A stretch of 63,929 nt of DNA, filler included, from Octopus bimaculoides (Eukaryota), in NCBI RefSeq assembly GCF_001194135.2. It is 5 parts of 5 records of this genome, joined end to end, with 100 filler letters (N's around TTAATTAATTAA, not from the genome) between each part and the next. Parts side by side here need not be neighbours in the genome. Positions count along the whole stretch, not along the records: positions 21,655 to 44,030 come from NC_068985.1; positions 44,131 to 51,114 come from NC_068997.1; positions 51,215 to 62,293 come from NC_068999.1; 2 more parts are not named here. The stretch is one strand, 5' to 3'. This document shows positions 37,521-51,959 of the stretch, one piece after another (position 1 is the stretch's first letter; every line of letters starts with the position of its first letter). A program made the translations under genes and the position numbers. The notes under the pieces were generated by a model, which searched no databases, had not been told where the DNA came from, and was given only the letters and a program-made list of their open reading frames with translations.

Positions 37521-40219
37521 ACGCAAGCACTATGATGACAAAATCTACAGTAGCTTTTGAATTGTGCGCAATTAAGATTCCAAAGTATGTCAGTAGACGC
37601 ACTCCCATGTACAACCACATCACATAATCCTTTATTTTCTTGACAATTACCTTCGTATATAAAAGTAAGGAAAGGTAAATATATCTTCACTTGTTGAACA
37701 GGTGATAGGCGAAACGAAAAGACTTGAAACTCGCAATAACTTCAAGGCTACAATCAGAATGGATACACATCAACAGTGATACTCACCAGGTGTTTTTGCT
37801 AAAATTGTTTTAACTCAGTAATATCATTTCAACATCAATTTATATATGTGTGTTGTTTTTTTTGTGTTTGCATTTCTGCGTGTGTGGTTATGTGTATGGA
37901 ACAAACTAATAAAGCGTCCATATATATTCTGAGTGATATATATACATATATATACATACACACACACACACACANNNNNNNNNNNNNNNNNNNNNNNNNN
38001 NNNNNNNNNNNNNNNNNNNNNNNNNNNNNNNNNNNNNNNNNNNNNNNNNNNNNNNNNNNNNNNNNNNNNNNNNNNNNNNNNNNNNNNNNNNNNNNNNNNN
38101 NNNNNNNNNNNNNNNNNNNNNNNNNNNNNNNNNNNNNNNNNNNNNNNNNNNNNNNNNNNNNNNNNNNNNNNNNNNNNNNNNNNNNNNNNNNNNNNNNNNN
38201 NNNNNNNNNNNNNNNNNNNNNNNNNNNNNNNNNNNNNNNNNNNNNNNNNNNNNNNNNNNNNNNNNNNNNNNNNNNNNNNNNNNNNNNNNNNNNNNNNNNN
38301 NNNNNNNNNNNNNNNNNNNNNNNNNNNNNNNATATATATATATATACATGTATATATATTTGTATATATATATATATACATATATATACATGTATATATA
38401 TTTGTAATTAATACAGACATTCGGCGTCCTGAGCTACTTGTTTTTACTGGAGTATTATAGCTTTACATAATGTACAAGCCTTTTTTTAACAAATTAGAAG
38501 TGACTGTCAGTAGGTGAACATATCTTTGTGCACGATACCACCTGCATTTCAACTAAGTTTGGTTTGTTTGTTTTTTCTCATTTTATCAAGTCATAAAAAG
38601 TTAATGTACGTTAATATCAAATGCCTTATTTACGAATATGTCAAGAAACGACTATAACTATATATCAGATTTCCCACAGTTTTGGTGTTATTTGATAAAC
38701 GCGTTTATATATTTCTTGATAGGAAGGGTGAGTATTTCGTAATAATTCTCATAACGCTGATGTTTTTTGCGTATAATTCTTAAAATATATGACATTTATA
38801 TCAAAAGTACTTATCCAATCATGGAATTAATGAAATGTTTGCGATGATAGCTGAGAACTTATGCACTAATTTCTTGTAGAATATAAATGATATTTTAATT
38901 TCCTTCTATATTCTATTTATATATGTTTATTTATTTCATTTGATATTTTTCTCTCTTAAGATTAATTTATTTAGTTCTATGTGTTAGAGATAAATGAATA
39001 AATTGTTTGCAGCTTAGCTTGAAGATGTGTAATAATATCATAACTAGAACTTCATAAACCATTAATTATCAGTAATATTTATCTTTATTTCAACGGTTAA
39101 GACCTTTTCAGTGAAATATTAGTGAATGAAATACGTTTTAAAAATTTATATCTGAAGGTTATATACAAACATTCGGTATAATATTAATAACATATTTCAA
39201 AGTGTTTTCCTCTATCAAACTTATAGCATTTCATTTTCGTTACTATGACTATTTCTATATATAATTAATGTCAACTCTATTATATTCCGTAATAGTGATC
39301 ATTTTTCAAACAAACTTCTGTGATATTTACCTATTTTCATGTCGTTTATCATTTACTTGTTTCAGTCATTGGACTGCATACCCGGGAGTTTAATTGAACA
39401 AATTGACCCTCGTATATATTTATTTAGTCTCGTATTTATTCTATGTGCCTCATTTGCCAAACGGAAACGTTACGGATGCATCATAAAGCTAACACCGTTT
39501 GCCATGCATTGCTAAAACTAACCTGGTTACCTTCTCGTGTCATGCCGACGCACAAGGGCCTGTTTTCAGGTTTCCATGGCGTATAAAATTCCCCACCTGG
39601 ACGGGACACCGGTCCATCGCAGTGCTACTCATTTTTGCCAGTTGCGTTGGCTGCAGCAACGTGAAATGAAGTGTTTCGCTCAAGAACACAACGCATGAGT
39701 CCAACACCCTAACCACTAAGTCACGCAACTCTACAGTCATGCAGGGGGAATTGAAATATTGAGACATACATCTTCAAGTCATTAGAAGACTTAGTACGTT
39801 ATGATATATCTGCGCCGTCTCATAACGTACTAAATAAAGAGCTGAAAACACCGTAAAATGTGGAGCAATACTCTTAGAATAAAAGAGGCATAATGAATGC
39901 GTATTTTCACTAGATCTATATACCGGATGAAGACAGTCGATCAAAAGTGTATTGAATAAGAGCTGATGCACGGCTAAAAGTTATCGCAACCTTTTTTCTT
40001 CCCAAGAAATTTTCAATATAATTCTCCAATATATTTCATACACTTTTTGCCTATACTTCTCCTTACGCCTCTACTCCAATATCGCTTTCTCACTTCGTCA
40101 CCTAAACTCTCAAATGTATGCCATTTCAGTTTGTTTCTCTATCATTTCTTATGTTAGTGCTTGTAAGTACAGTATTTACATTGGAAAATATGTAAACTCT
40201 ACGAAAATATACTCTAACT

Positions 40220-40620
40220 CGTATAAATCATCCTGAGCCAATCGTTGAAGGTAAACGTTACTATCCATTATGATTTTCCAGTCCAACTGAGAGAACAATC
40301 CAAGATAATTGACCAGACATAATTATTAAAGACGAGGAAGAAAATATTTGTAGACTAATGGATGTGAGTTCTCCCACTGATAAAAATGTATCAGTAAAGC
40401 AATTTGGCAAACTGAGTAAATAAAAGGATCTGGAAATTGAAATAAAAATATGTGGTAACTGAAAGCAAAAACGGTTCCAGTTACAGGAGCTGGTCTAAAT
40501 ATGATCACAAAATGAAATCAGAAACATCTAGACATTATCCCAAGAGAACTATGTGTCAAAGAAATCCAAATTATGCTGCAAATTACTGCTCAAATCCTTA
40601 GAAAAATCCTATCAATTTAA
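40220..40620 (+). mobile_element. Decayed R4/Dong-like RLE C-terminus
   Basis: HPEPIVEG...DFPVQ..RTIQDN*PDIIIK..RKKICRLMDVSSPTDKNVSVKQFGKLSK*KDLEIEI...TAQILRKILSI*. Confidence 0.75.
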
Positions 40621-41013
40621 ATGTTTGTGTCGTATTATATAAATGTATTTCCACACTTCTTTCCCCATAACTCCTCCCCAATCTTTCTTACCCTTCATTT
40701 GCCTTAGGCCGCTGAATGTGTCCCGACAAGTGATTGCATTAAACATGCATAATAAAAATCAAAAGAAGAGCATTGCCGATGCGAGAACTATTACTGCCAA
40801 TGTATTTTAATTCTGTTTTGGTATTTTTATTCTTTATTTTTGTTTTATTTCTTTGAATTTTTTTTTTTTTTTTTTCACATACCTTCATTTCATTTTGAAA
40901 ATGAACAACCTGGTGTGTTTAGTTTACTGGCCTATTAATTAAAACAGTGCGTTTCTTTACCCTGGGAGTCGGGATGACAGTCGGCAAAAAATGCTAAGTT
41001 GAAAGAAGAAAAG

Positions 41014-41077
<64 letters not shown>

Positions 41078-41449
41078 GACTGTTGCTTCTTTGATTACTA
41101 CTAACAATGCTAATACTACTACTACTAATGATGATGATGTTGATGATGATCATGATAATAATAAAGGCGTACAAAGACCAAAGACATGATATGACAAAAT
41201 CCCAGGAAGACAGTCGGCAAAAAATGCGAAGTTCAAAGAAGTAAAACTACTACTAGAACTACTACTACTACAACTACTACTGTTTCTGCGACTACTGCTA
41301 CCACTACTAATACTAATACAACAAATAATGATAATGATGATGATGGTGTTGATGATGATCATGATGACGATGTTAATAATGGCGTACAAAGACCAATGAC
41401 GTGTTATGACCAAATCCCAGGAGGAATTACAGAAAATGATGATGGCAGA

Positions 41450-41960
41450 ATTGAAAGCCTGACATTGCTGAAAAAATGAAAATAAGAAAGAGGTATGTTA
41501 ATTGATATAGCATTTTCCGGTGACAAAAGGATCGAAGAGAAAGAAGAAAAAAATACTGTACGCCTATAACAAAATGAAGTGGAGAAAAACGCAGGTTGTG
41601 AGAAATGAAAAAAAGTGGTCACGATATCAATGCTAATTGGCGCGCTTGGAAGTGTTAACACTCAAATACATGTTGTGCTTCAGGAAGTTTGAAATCACAG
41701 GAGAAATTCTGAAGATATCCAGCGACGCCAACATCTATGAATTCGGTATGTCGTGGAAGGCCTTTATATAATCAATCCATGCAGAACTGAGATTTCTGCG
41801 TTTGTTACGATAGTTCTCAAGGATCATGCGCTTGGTTAGGAGTTGATCTTTACATCCATATGAACCTTGTTGGCACATTTTTGGTTCAGTGGGGGAAATA
41901 TTGTTATGTTCCATAAATTTGTATGTTTTCTCCACGAGGAGTGGATGATGAAATTTTATA
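41450..41960. mobile_element. Further R4/Dong-like relics: RLE piece (+, 41450-41665) and RT piece (-, 41745-41900)
   Basis: KPDI...MLIDIAFSGDKRIEEKEEK...IGALGSV on the + strand. GSYGCKDQLLTKRMILEN...NLSSAWIDYIKAF on the - strand. Confidence 0.65.
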
Positions 41961-42164
41961 CGTGGTAAATAGACAAGTTTTTTCGGGAGTAAATGCTTAG
42001 CGGTATTTCGTCCGTCTTCTGAGTTCAAATTCCGCCAAATCTATTTTGTCTATCATACTTTTGGGGTCGATTAAATAAGTACCAGGGGAACACAGGGTTG
42101 ATATTATCGACTAATCCCTTCCTCCAATATTTGAAGTCTTGTGCGTAGAGTAGAACAGATTATT

Positions 42165-42200
<36 letters not shown>

Positions 42201-42480
42201 GTTATTGCTTTTGCGGTTGTTTCTGTTGTCCTCGTCAACGTTGGTTTTTTTTCGTTGTATAGGGGTGCGTTTCTTTATGTAGTTAAGAAGTCCGATTCGC
42301 AAACATGCTTTTCTGGTTCTGACCCACTGCATGGCACCCTATGTGAGTATCTGTAACTATAGCTCCGGGCCCAATAAATCGTTGTGGGTCTATTGTTTAG
42401 AAGGAAACTGTGTAGAGGCCGTTGAGTGACAGAGAAAGGGAAAGAAAGTTTGAGAAAGAGAGAGAGAGAGAGAGATAGAG

Positions 42481-42536
<56 letters not shown>

Positions 42537-44130
42537 TGTGTTTTTGTGACCCAAACTACTGAATAACGATCTTTGTATCCCTGTACTATAGCGGTTTAGT
42601 CAAAATCCACAGCAGAATATGCACCAGGGAAAAAATAAAATACAAGGTGGTGCTCCAGTATGACAGCAATCGGATATCTGAAAGAAGTAATGGAGGTAAG
42701 ATGAAAGATACATACGCATGATGATGGTGGTAGTTGACTGTGACGTCAGAGAACTACTTACGTGAACCAAATCTGAAATTGAAATAAATTCAAAAAAGAA
42801 TTACGTTTATAATATTATAGTATTTTTCATCTTTATTGATATCTTCAACATAATCCATAATTTATAATGGTTTCCTACAAACAATAATGTCATATAATTG
42901 TATTTATGCGTGTTGAAGAATTTATAGCTTGTAAGATGATAAGCATTTTTCGTTACTTTTATGCCGTTTAAAGATATCAATCTGCATTCTTATATTTTCT
43001 TATGTTCTCTCTTTCGATTTATTTTTGCAAGTAAGAACAGAATATGATTACTGTGACTATGTGACGGAATATTGTGTATAACTGTATTTTATAAGAATCA
43101 ATAATCGAACTTGCAATGCGATTTATGTAGAAATATATATGAGTTATTATTATCGTTCTTTTTTTGTATTGTGAGGTTAGAAATATTGTATATTATTTTG
43201 TGCTCGATATCATAACTATTTATTTCTTTCCGAATTAGTAGAAGAGTTATGCATCACTGTTCAGCGTAACCATATTTTTCTGTACAAATTATGTAATGGA
43301 GCATGTGATTCTCAAAATTCTCGTTTCGTTTTGTTTTTTTGGTTTTGTTTACCTCGTGATCAACCCCGATTTAGTAGACATATTAAAGATAGCCCTGCAG
43401 TTTATCATACTCTCAACTTTTACCTTGATATATAATCAGCATAAGACTACATCGAAAAATGTGTCATTTGCTTGTGTTATTGAACCGATATTACTAACAA
43501 ATCAAACACGAATTTGGTGTTGATTTTTCTATTTACGTCACTCTATTAACGTTTCAACTAGAGTAGCACAAATCACTTATACAGTGAATTAGAAACAACC
43601 AAGAGATTTTTCACCGTAATGAAGTAATTTACAGATATGTTGATTTTCCTTTTTAAACTGTTTTTGTTCGCGGGCACAATACATAATGCGTGACCACACG
43701 AGTATACACACTCGATAACAGGTTAAACTGTATTTATAACAAAGGTACAAATATAAGTGATTTACTCTTCCCTACTCAATGTCACATAATGCATGAACGT
43801 CGGCTCCAACTCGAGAGCACAATATGTTTTCCATTGGATTTTGTGTCTTCGGCTTTGGACGAGATGAACGGTTTGCCGGCCTTCAGGCACATGTTTTTAT
43901 GAGAACCAACACATTCTAATGCCCGGTGGCTCTCGACGAACTCATCAATCATTTACCACGTTTTATATTTGGTCCTACAGAATGTCCACAACACCTTCCT
44001 CACACGGCTAGTCAGGAAACGGAGCCGTTTNNNNNNNNNNNNNNNNNNNNNNNNNNNNNNNNNNNNNNNNNNNNTTAATTAATTAANNNNNNNNNNNNNN
44101 NNNNNNNNNNNNNNNNNNNNNNNNNNNNNN

Positions 44131-44175
<45 letters not shown>

Positions 44176-47114
44176 TACATATATTCTCGTTTTTTCTTAA
44201 TTATTTGAATTCTTCCTCGGAAGAAAGATCTGTTTTCTAATAAGGACACAGAACTCCATCGTTAGACTGTAGGTAACGAAAACAATGTCACAATTTAAAC
44301 TTGACAAAGGTCTTTCACATCTTTACTGTTCCACTCACAGAATGCATTTGTAATGTCCGAGTATTTTGGTTGATTTCTTTTTCTTAAATCCCGAGCTTAT
44401 CCATATTGTCACTCACGCATTAAATCACAAAACCACGTACCAGTTATTATTGATGTGAGTATGAATTTATAATCTATATATAGACGCTGGAGGTTTCGCA
44501 GAAGTTTTCCATAGTTATACTCTTTTTCTTTGATTATCAGTGATATTCAAAACAACAGGACAGTTGGCCTCTGTGACGGTATATAGTTTTTTTCGTCTGT
44601 CCCGAACAACAATATCCGGTCAGTTATGTTTACACTTTGGATTTGTTTTGATGCGAATGTAACAAATATGTGCATTTTGCTGAAGTTTGCGTATACATTC
44701 AATAAGAAGGGAATTCTCGATATTTATTCCAATATTCTTTTTTTCCGAATAGCGTTGCATACTGCTTTTGCAAGAACGACATGTCGCATAGGGAGGTAGT
44801 ATTCTGATGACATTTTTAGGCAGCTGCTAATCACGTGTGTGGAATGTATATATGTATATATGTTTGTAATTATGCACGTATGTATATATGTGTGTATCTA
44901 AGTAAGTACGCATAAGTATACATGAAATTATATATATCCGTACGAAAATATACAAACACAAAAACAAATATACACGTTAGATACACACACACACACATAC
45001 ATANNNNNNNNNNTAGGTATACATATGTATAGAAACGTATATATGCATATATACACACAGATAAATACACACAACAAAAGAAATATACTTATATGTCAAT
45101 TCATTGGTAACTACTATATGTGTGCGTTTTTGCGTATGTCAGTGTACGCCCGCTTCTGCGTATGTCTTTTTGTCTGTACTTATGCCTCCCTCTAACACTT
45201 GGCAATCGTTGTTGATGTGTTTAGTAACTCCGAAAAGAGGGTGATGGAATAAGTACGAGGATTAAAAGTGTACCATAAATTTTGAGGTCGAATCGTTGGA
45301 CTAAAACTCTTCAAGGGGGTGCTGCAACATGGCCACAGTCTAATGACTGAAACAAGATAAAATATAAAAGATGAAATATTAAGGGAGCAGGCGTGGCTTG
45401 CGGTAAGAAGCTTGCCTCCGAACCACATGATTCCTGGTTCAGTCCGACAGCGTGGCACCTTGGGCAAGTGCCTTTTGCTGTGGCGTCAGGCTGACCAAAG
45501 CCTTGTGGGTGGATTTGGTAGACGGAAACTGAAAGAAGGCCGTCATATATATATATATATATATATAAATGTGTGTGTGTGTGTGTGTCTTTGTGTCNNN
45601 NNNNNNNNNNNNNNNNNNNNNNNNNNNNNNNNNNNNNNNNNNNNNNNNNNNNNNNNNNNNNNNNNNNNNNNNNNNNNNNNNNNNNNNNNNNNNNNNNNNN
45701 NNNNNNNNNNNNNNNNNNNNNNNNNNNNNNNNNNNNNNNNNNNNNNNNNNNNNNNNNNNNNNNNNNNNNNNNNNNNNNNNNNNNNNNNNNNNNNNNNNNN
45801 NNNNNNNNNNNNNNNNNNNNNNNNNNNNNNNNNNNNNNNNNNNNNNNNNNNNNNNNNNNNNNNNNNNNNNNNNNNNNNNNNNNNNNNNNNNNNNNNNNNN
45901 NNNNNNNNNNNNNNNNNNNNNNNNNNNNNNNNNNNNNNNNNNNNNNNNNNNNNNNNNNNNNNNNNNNNNNNNNNNNNNNNNNNNNNNNNNNNNNNNNNNN
46001 NNNNNNNNNNNNNNNNNNNNNNNNNNNNNNNNNNNNNNNNNNNNNNNNNNNNNNNNNNNNNNNNNNNNNNNNNNNNNNNNNNNNNNNNNNNNNNNNNNNN
46101 NNNNNNNNNNNNNNNNNNNNNNNNNNNNNNNNNNNNNNNNNNNNNNNNNNNNNNNNNNNNNNNNNNNNNNNNNNNNNNNNNNNNNNNNNNNNNNNAAGCG
46201 AGTACGAACCTACGGAGGTAAAAAATGGTAATTTCTGTCATCGTGATAATTTCTTCTGAGTTGGATCAAACACCAAGAAATTCTTCCTTGTGATAAAAAA
46301 AAAAAGTGATTATTTTTTTTCCATTGAGGGATACTTATGGGTGTGTAAGTGCGTGTTTGTGGGGGTGGTGCTTGTGTGTGTCCGTGTGTCTGAGGGTGTG
46401 TAAGCTAATTTTGAAAATGTCGGGGGGGAAAGAACAAACACACACACACATACACACACACACACACACACACATACACACACACACACACGCAAACATC
46501 AGGAAATACCAACGTGGAGTCAAATTGACGGACGTATATCATTATAGTCACTTTAAAACCAACGAATATACAACCGCATGCCCACACACATTCATACGTT
46601 CATACGTGCACAGATGCCTACATATGCACACAGAGGTATATACGTACATGTACACACATATGCGTAAGTGCGTATGCATCTATATCTCTAGGTATTGTGT
46701 GTATGTGTAATACGCTCCCTCCCTGGCACTCTACTCACAGGATTATCTTTAAATTTTATGGTGTATGTTTATGGAATACTCTACGTTTGACTTCAAGTAC
46801 CAGTCATCATCATCATCATAATCATCACTGTCGTTATTATCGTCATCGACATCATCATCATCATCAGCGTCGTCATCGTAATGACTACTATGTTCTCCAT
46901 CAATTTCATTTTTCCCAAGCAACAGCAATACCACCACCACCACCACCATCACCACCACTACTACCACCACCACCACCAACAACAACAACAACCCCACCAC
47001 CAACAACAACAACATCACCATTAACATCACCACTACTACCAACACCTCTACCAGCACTGCTGCTGCTACTACTACTACTACTACTAATAATAATAATAAT
47101 AATACTAATACTAA

Positions 47115-47145
<31 letters not shown>

Positions 47146-49218
47146 TTTTACGATTAATTATTCTTCCTGTTCACATTGCATCACACGCCTCACCACCTCT
47201 TCCCTATCATTATTATGAGAATCGTTAGCAGGCCACATAGAATGCTTTGCACGTCTTGTTTGAGATCTTTACCTTCTAACTTCAAATCCTGCAGTGATCA
47301 TCTTACTATTTCAATATTCAAGCTTGAATAAATTTAACTGCCACTCAAGAGCAAGCATCACTATAATCGAGTACTCCCCTTACTAAAGTTTGCGGCCTCC
47401 TCGTCTTTATATAACTCGACTGTGTAAGCTGAGTAGTGCTTTATAAAAGTATGTTACGGGAAGCTTCCAACCTTCTTAGTCCTGGAAGGTTTTCATCAGT
47501 GCATTGCTTGATTATTGTTGTTATTGTTATTATTAAAAAGGCAGGGAGCTGGCAGAAACGTTAGCAGGCCGGACGAAATGCTTAGCGGTATTTCACCCGT
47601 CGCTATATTCTAAGGTCAAATTCCGCCGAGGTCGACTTTGCCTTTCATCCTTTCGGGGGTCGATAAAGTAAGTACCAGTGAAACACTGGGGCCGGTGTAA
47701 TAGATTTATCCCTTCTCCCAAAAAGGTTGCCCTTGTGGCAAAATTTGAAAGCATTATTATTATTAAAAGTATTATTTCCGCAGTCACCCCTCCGTGGTAA
47801 ATACAGTATGGGCTTAGTATATCTTGGTGTTGTCGCCGACATGCTAAACCATTTAAAACTAAGTAATACGTAAAATTAAAATAATTATAAAATTTCCTCC
47901 TTCCGTTTGCGTTGTTATTATAAAATCATTGTTAATGCGCTGATCATAATTAGTTTAACTAAGAATGAAATGAATATGGTAATTAGTCACGTTGTCATTT
48001 GAAATCAGGCCAAGGTCGAAATTCGCTTCCCTACTGCAATGTAAGTATCCTTTGTACGCATCTGCGTGATAGATTTTTCCTTTCAGAAAATCAGAATCCC
48101 TGCTCGATGGGACTGACCTGCACAAAGGGATTGAACCCGAAACAACGCGTTTGCAAAGCGATCTTTTTTATCTACGTAGCCATGCCTGCGCTATCTTAAC
48201 CCCAAAGCAAAGTTGATTTAAACACTCTAAAACCTATAGTCCTGAAAAAAACTTTAAAACCCATGAATTAATATTTTGAACATGGAGAAATAGTTTCTAA
48301 GAGATGCGGTACTGTCAAAGGAGGAAGTAAGTCCTTCCGGACGAAATTTTTAAGAAAACGTTTTGGAAATGCACGTTATTAATTGACTAGAATGAAAAGA
48401 AATACTTTAAACTACAAAAGATATCTGTAATACGATTATAATCTTCAACATATTTTTATAGTATATGGTAGTTTAAAGACTTCCTGATAAAGAACAGTTG
48501 TTTATAGTGATGTTAATTTAAGCGTTGTAGTCAGGTAATTGTAAAAATACCAATGAGATTTCATAACGAAAGATGTAAACGTTGCGAATAATGGAAAAAT
48601 ATAGATGATTGAACGAATATACGTAATTTGAAATAAATTAAAGTCAGATAAATGCTGAAATGATCATCAATTGTAATATATTTGTAGATTGTGATTTTGA
48701 ATGAGATCTTTGCTTTTTAAAGTCTTATAGCGATATATGTTTGGTAGAAAAATTAGAAGTTATTTCGATTTATGGTAAAATAATTAGGGTGACTTTGAAA
48801 AATATAGATCTGGATAATGAAACAACTTAAATAAAACTAATTCTAGAATTATTTCTAGAATGAGGAATGCTTATCATACATAAATTCTTAAAATATAATG
48901 ATTTAAAAAAATAAATTTTTATACTAATTTAAAGAAAAGTATGTCTATTTGATAAAATACGATATAAAACAATAAAGAGAAAGTAAGATTTATTATGACA
49001 TATCGGTTTCAAATGTTGGCACAAGACCAGCAATTTGGGGGAAGGAGTGAGTCGATTACTTCGACCCCAAATATTATCGACACCGGTAAAGGATAAAAGG
49101 CAGAGTTGGAACACGGCCGAATTTGAACTCGGAATGTAAAGACGAGCGAAATACAGCCAAGCATTTTGTCTGGCGCGGTGACGATTCTGCCAGCTCATCG
49201 CCTTGAAAGTGTGTGAGA

Positions 49219-49337
49219 TGCTTACGTCACCGAGGTTTCCCAAGCGGTTACCTATCTAAGTACTAACTAGGCTCCACGTTGCTGAACTTCGGTGATCAGA
49301 CGAGAACTGGTGCATTCAACGTGATATGGACTTAAGC
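49219..49337 (-). pseudogene. Full-length 5S rRNA copy, probably a pseudogene
   Basis: The minus strand reads GCTTAAGTCCATATCACGTTGAATGCACCAGTTCTCGTCTGATCACCGAAGTTCAGCAACGTGGAGCCTAGTTAGTACTTAGATAGGTAACCGCTTGGGAAACCTCGGTGACGTAAGCA. It is about 119 nt and colinear with metazoan 5S, and the terminal stem pairs 8/9. Box C has G>A changes and there is no oligo-T terminator. Confidence 0.88.
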
Positions 49338-49693
49338 AATTTAATATGACCTATTGAGCTATGAATTAAGACAACTTTGTTGCAAAAAAAAGGGGGGTTT
49401 CTAAATGTTATAAAATGGCAGAAAAACCTTTGAAATATGATTTTCTTAAAGGTAACGAACGATATGTGATAAAAGAGTGTTAATATGTATTGGGGAAAAA
49501 TAAATCCCTGTAATATATCAGTCAATGTATGTATGATACATCATCATAATTATATACATTAAACTGATTCTTCTTAATTGTTATTAGAATAGTCTCTTGG
49601 GAAAATAAACCTAAAAATAAGATTTACCTTCCCTTTAAACGATTTTATCGGTTATACAATGAATGTCGAATATACTAGAACTTATGTTTAAAC

Positions 49694-49980
49694 CAGTAGT
49701 TCTCAACTACTTTTCATCTATGGACCCCTTTGACTACTAATTTATTCGATGTTTAAAACTAGTTTCATGGATACTTCTTTCAAAATTCCTATTTAGTTTT
49801 TCATGCATTCGCTTGAGCTATGTAAAACATTGGAGAAAGAACCTAGCTGTTTCTTTCATTACATACATTTAAAGCAATATTTTTTAAGGGGCTCTTAAAA
49901 TACTGTTGTAGATCCCCAATTTACAATTGTGTTGCATGGACCCTCAACAATCTTATATGGACCGTGGTTGAGAAACAGTG
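49694..49980. mobile_element. hAT (Charlie-type) MITE
   Basis: TIRs CAGTAGTTCTCAAC / GTTGAGAAACAGTG, with an 8-bp TSD GTTTAAAC (49686-49693) / GTCTAAAC (49981-49988). Confidence 0.8.
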
Positions 49981-51214
49981 GTCTAAACACTACGTTATTA
50001 TAACCTAGTGCGCTTTAACACACTTTCTGTGCATAATTTCATTCACATATTTATGCAAACCGTATTTCTATGTATTTCTGCATTTTTATAACAATGCCTA
50101 AAAAGTCCCACAATGAAAAAAAAAAAAAAAATTAAAACACCGTCAAACTTGAAGTCATTTTAGTGTATTCATTTTATTCTACTTTATCTATGCCTCTTGT
50201 TATTTAAATTTTATCTTACATTTTTTCTGAGATTTAAACCTTCTTTCAAAATCATTGTAAACATTGAAATATTTTTTAAATCGTTATCTTCAATGAACTA
50301 GTGGACGATAATGATTTCCCCTTCTCAAAACGTATTTGTGAAGATAACAATGAGGTTTTGTTACTGAGATAATGGAATAGACATGATTACATAAAGTAAG
50401 ATTGTTGAGATAAGCTCGATAAAAGTTTAAGTGATTATAAATACCAGTATATTCGTAAATAGTATTTTGCGATGAGACGTTTGGTGTTGAAATAATATAG
50501 GGATAAAGTTAGTATAAACATCATAAACCATTATGAAGTATAGTAAAACATTTAGCCGTCAGTTCAACAAACAGTTAAAAGTGAAGCATACAAATATTAT
50601 AAATAAAAATAATTTCAGAAACTATTTAAATGGCTAAGAAAAGAAAGCGCAAAGAATATACTTCTAAATGTTTTACAATAGTTAATAGTGTTTTCTTTTA
50701 TTGGCGACAAGGCCCCAAGACAATAGGGACAACATTAAAGGACGAAATGGAACACACAAACAAGGGGGTGTCTCATCGATCAAAAAGGAAAACAACAAAA
50801 AAAAGACAGAAAATAATAGAATTCAGACAAATATATATATATATATATACTAGCAGAAATACCCGGCGTTGCCCGGGTTAAAGAGAATAATGAAATCTAA
50901 AAACGCCGTCTAGACTACGCAACCCTCAACTGTTAGTAGCTACGATACCATATTTCTAGATTAATAATTCTCCAATCCATGCCAGCATGGAACATAGATA
51001 TTAAGTGGAATGCTAGAAGAAAGTTTTCAACTCATATGTATATAAAGTAAATACATGTAATTCAGAAACACGTTTTGTGTATTTTATTTCGTAACCAAAC
51101 AAACAGGTACAGATNNNNNNNNNNNNNNNNNNNNNNNNNNNNNNNNNNNNNNNNNNNNTTAATTAATTAANNNNNNNNNNNNNNNNNNNNNNNNNNNNNN
51201 NNNNNNNNNNNNNN

Positions 51215-51294
<80 letters not shown>

Positions 51295-51686
51295 GCACAC
51301 ACAGAAGCAGCACACTCACGTAAACACCAAATATTAATTACGCACATACTAAACACACGCACACATGCACACCTCAAATATACTTTCATGCAGAATAAGA
51401 AAGGGACAAACAGACAGACAGGCCGATGCACATACATAAAACACACATACACATACACAAAGTCACGCAAACAGAGACATACACACACACGCACGCACTA
51501 TNNNNNNNNNNAAACACACATACACATACACAAAGTCACGCAAACAGAGACATACATACACACACACGCACGCACTATAACCATCAAGCACATTTATACA
51601 GGATGAGAGATACACACAGCTATACACATTCATAAAACGTGCTCATACACACACATACACGCTCACTCACAAACACACACAGAAAA

Positions 51687-51732
<46 letters not shown>

Positions 51733-51959
51733 NNNNNNNNNNACACGCACACACACACACACACAAACACACGCGTATACTGATCCATTTAACGGAAACT
51801 TAATACAGTTAATGTTGCTGGTTTGGTTGTGTGGTTAAGCTGTTAACGTCGTTGTAATCACGTTCCGCTTTCGATTCCACACAGCGGAATCTTTTGCATA
51901 TGTCTTCTGCCAATGACTTGAATTCCATATCATACTGTGCACGGAATTTAATAGATGGG

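Noticed and set aside
47450-47505. Minus-strand CTGATGA-A-AACCTTC/GAAGGTT hairpin resembling a hammerhead
   Set aside because: The second box is GAAG rather than GAAA, and no stem I can be formed.
48295-48335. Strong donor GAGGAA|GTAAGT suggesting a micro-exon
   Set aside because: There is no convincing acceptor, reading frame or neighbouring exon.
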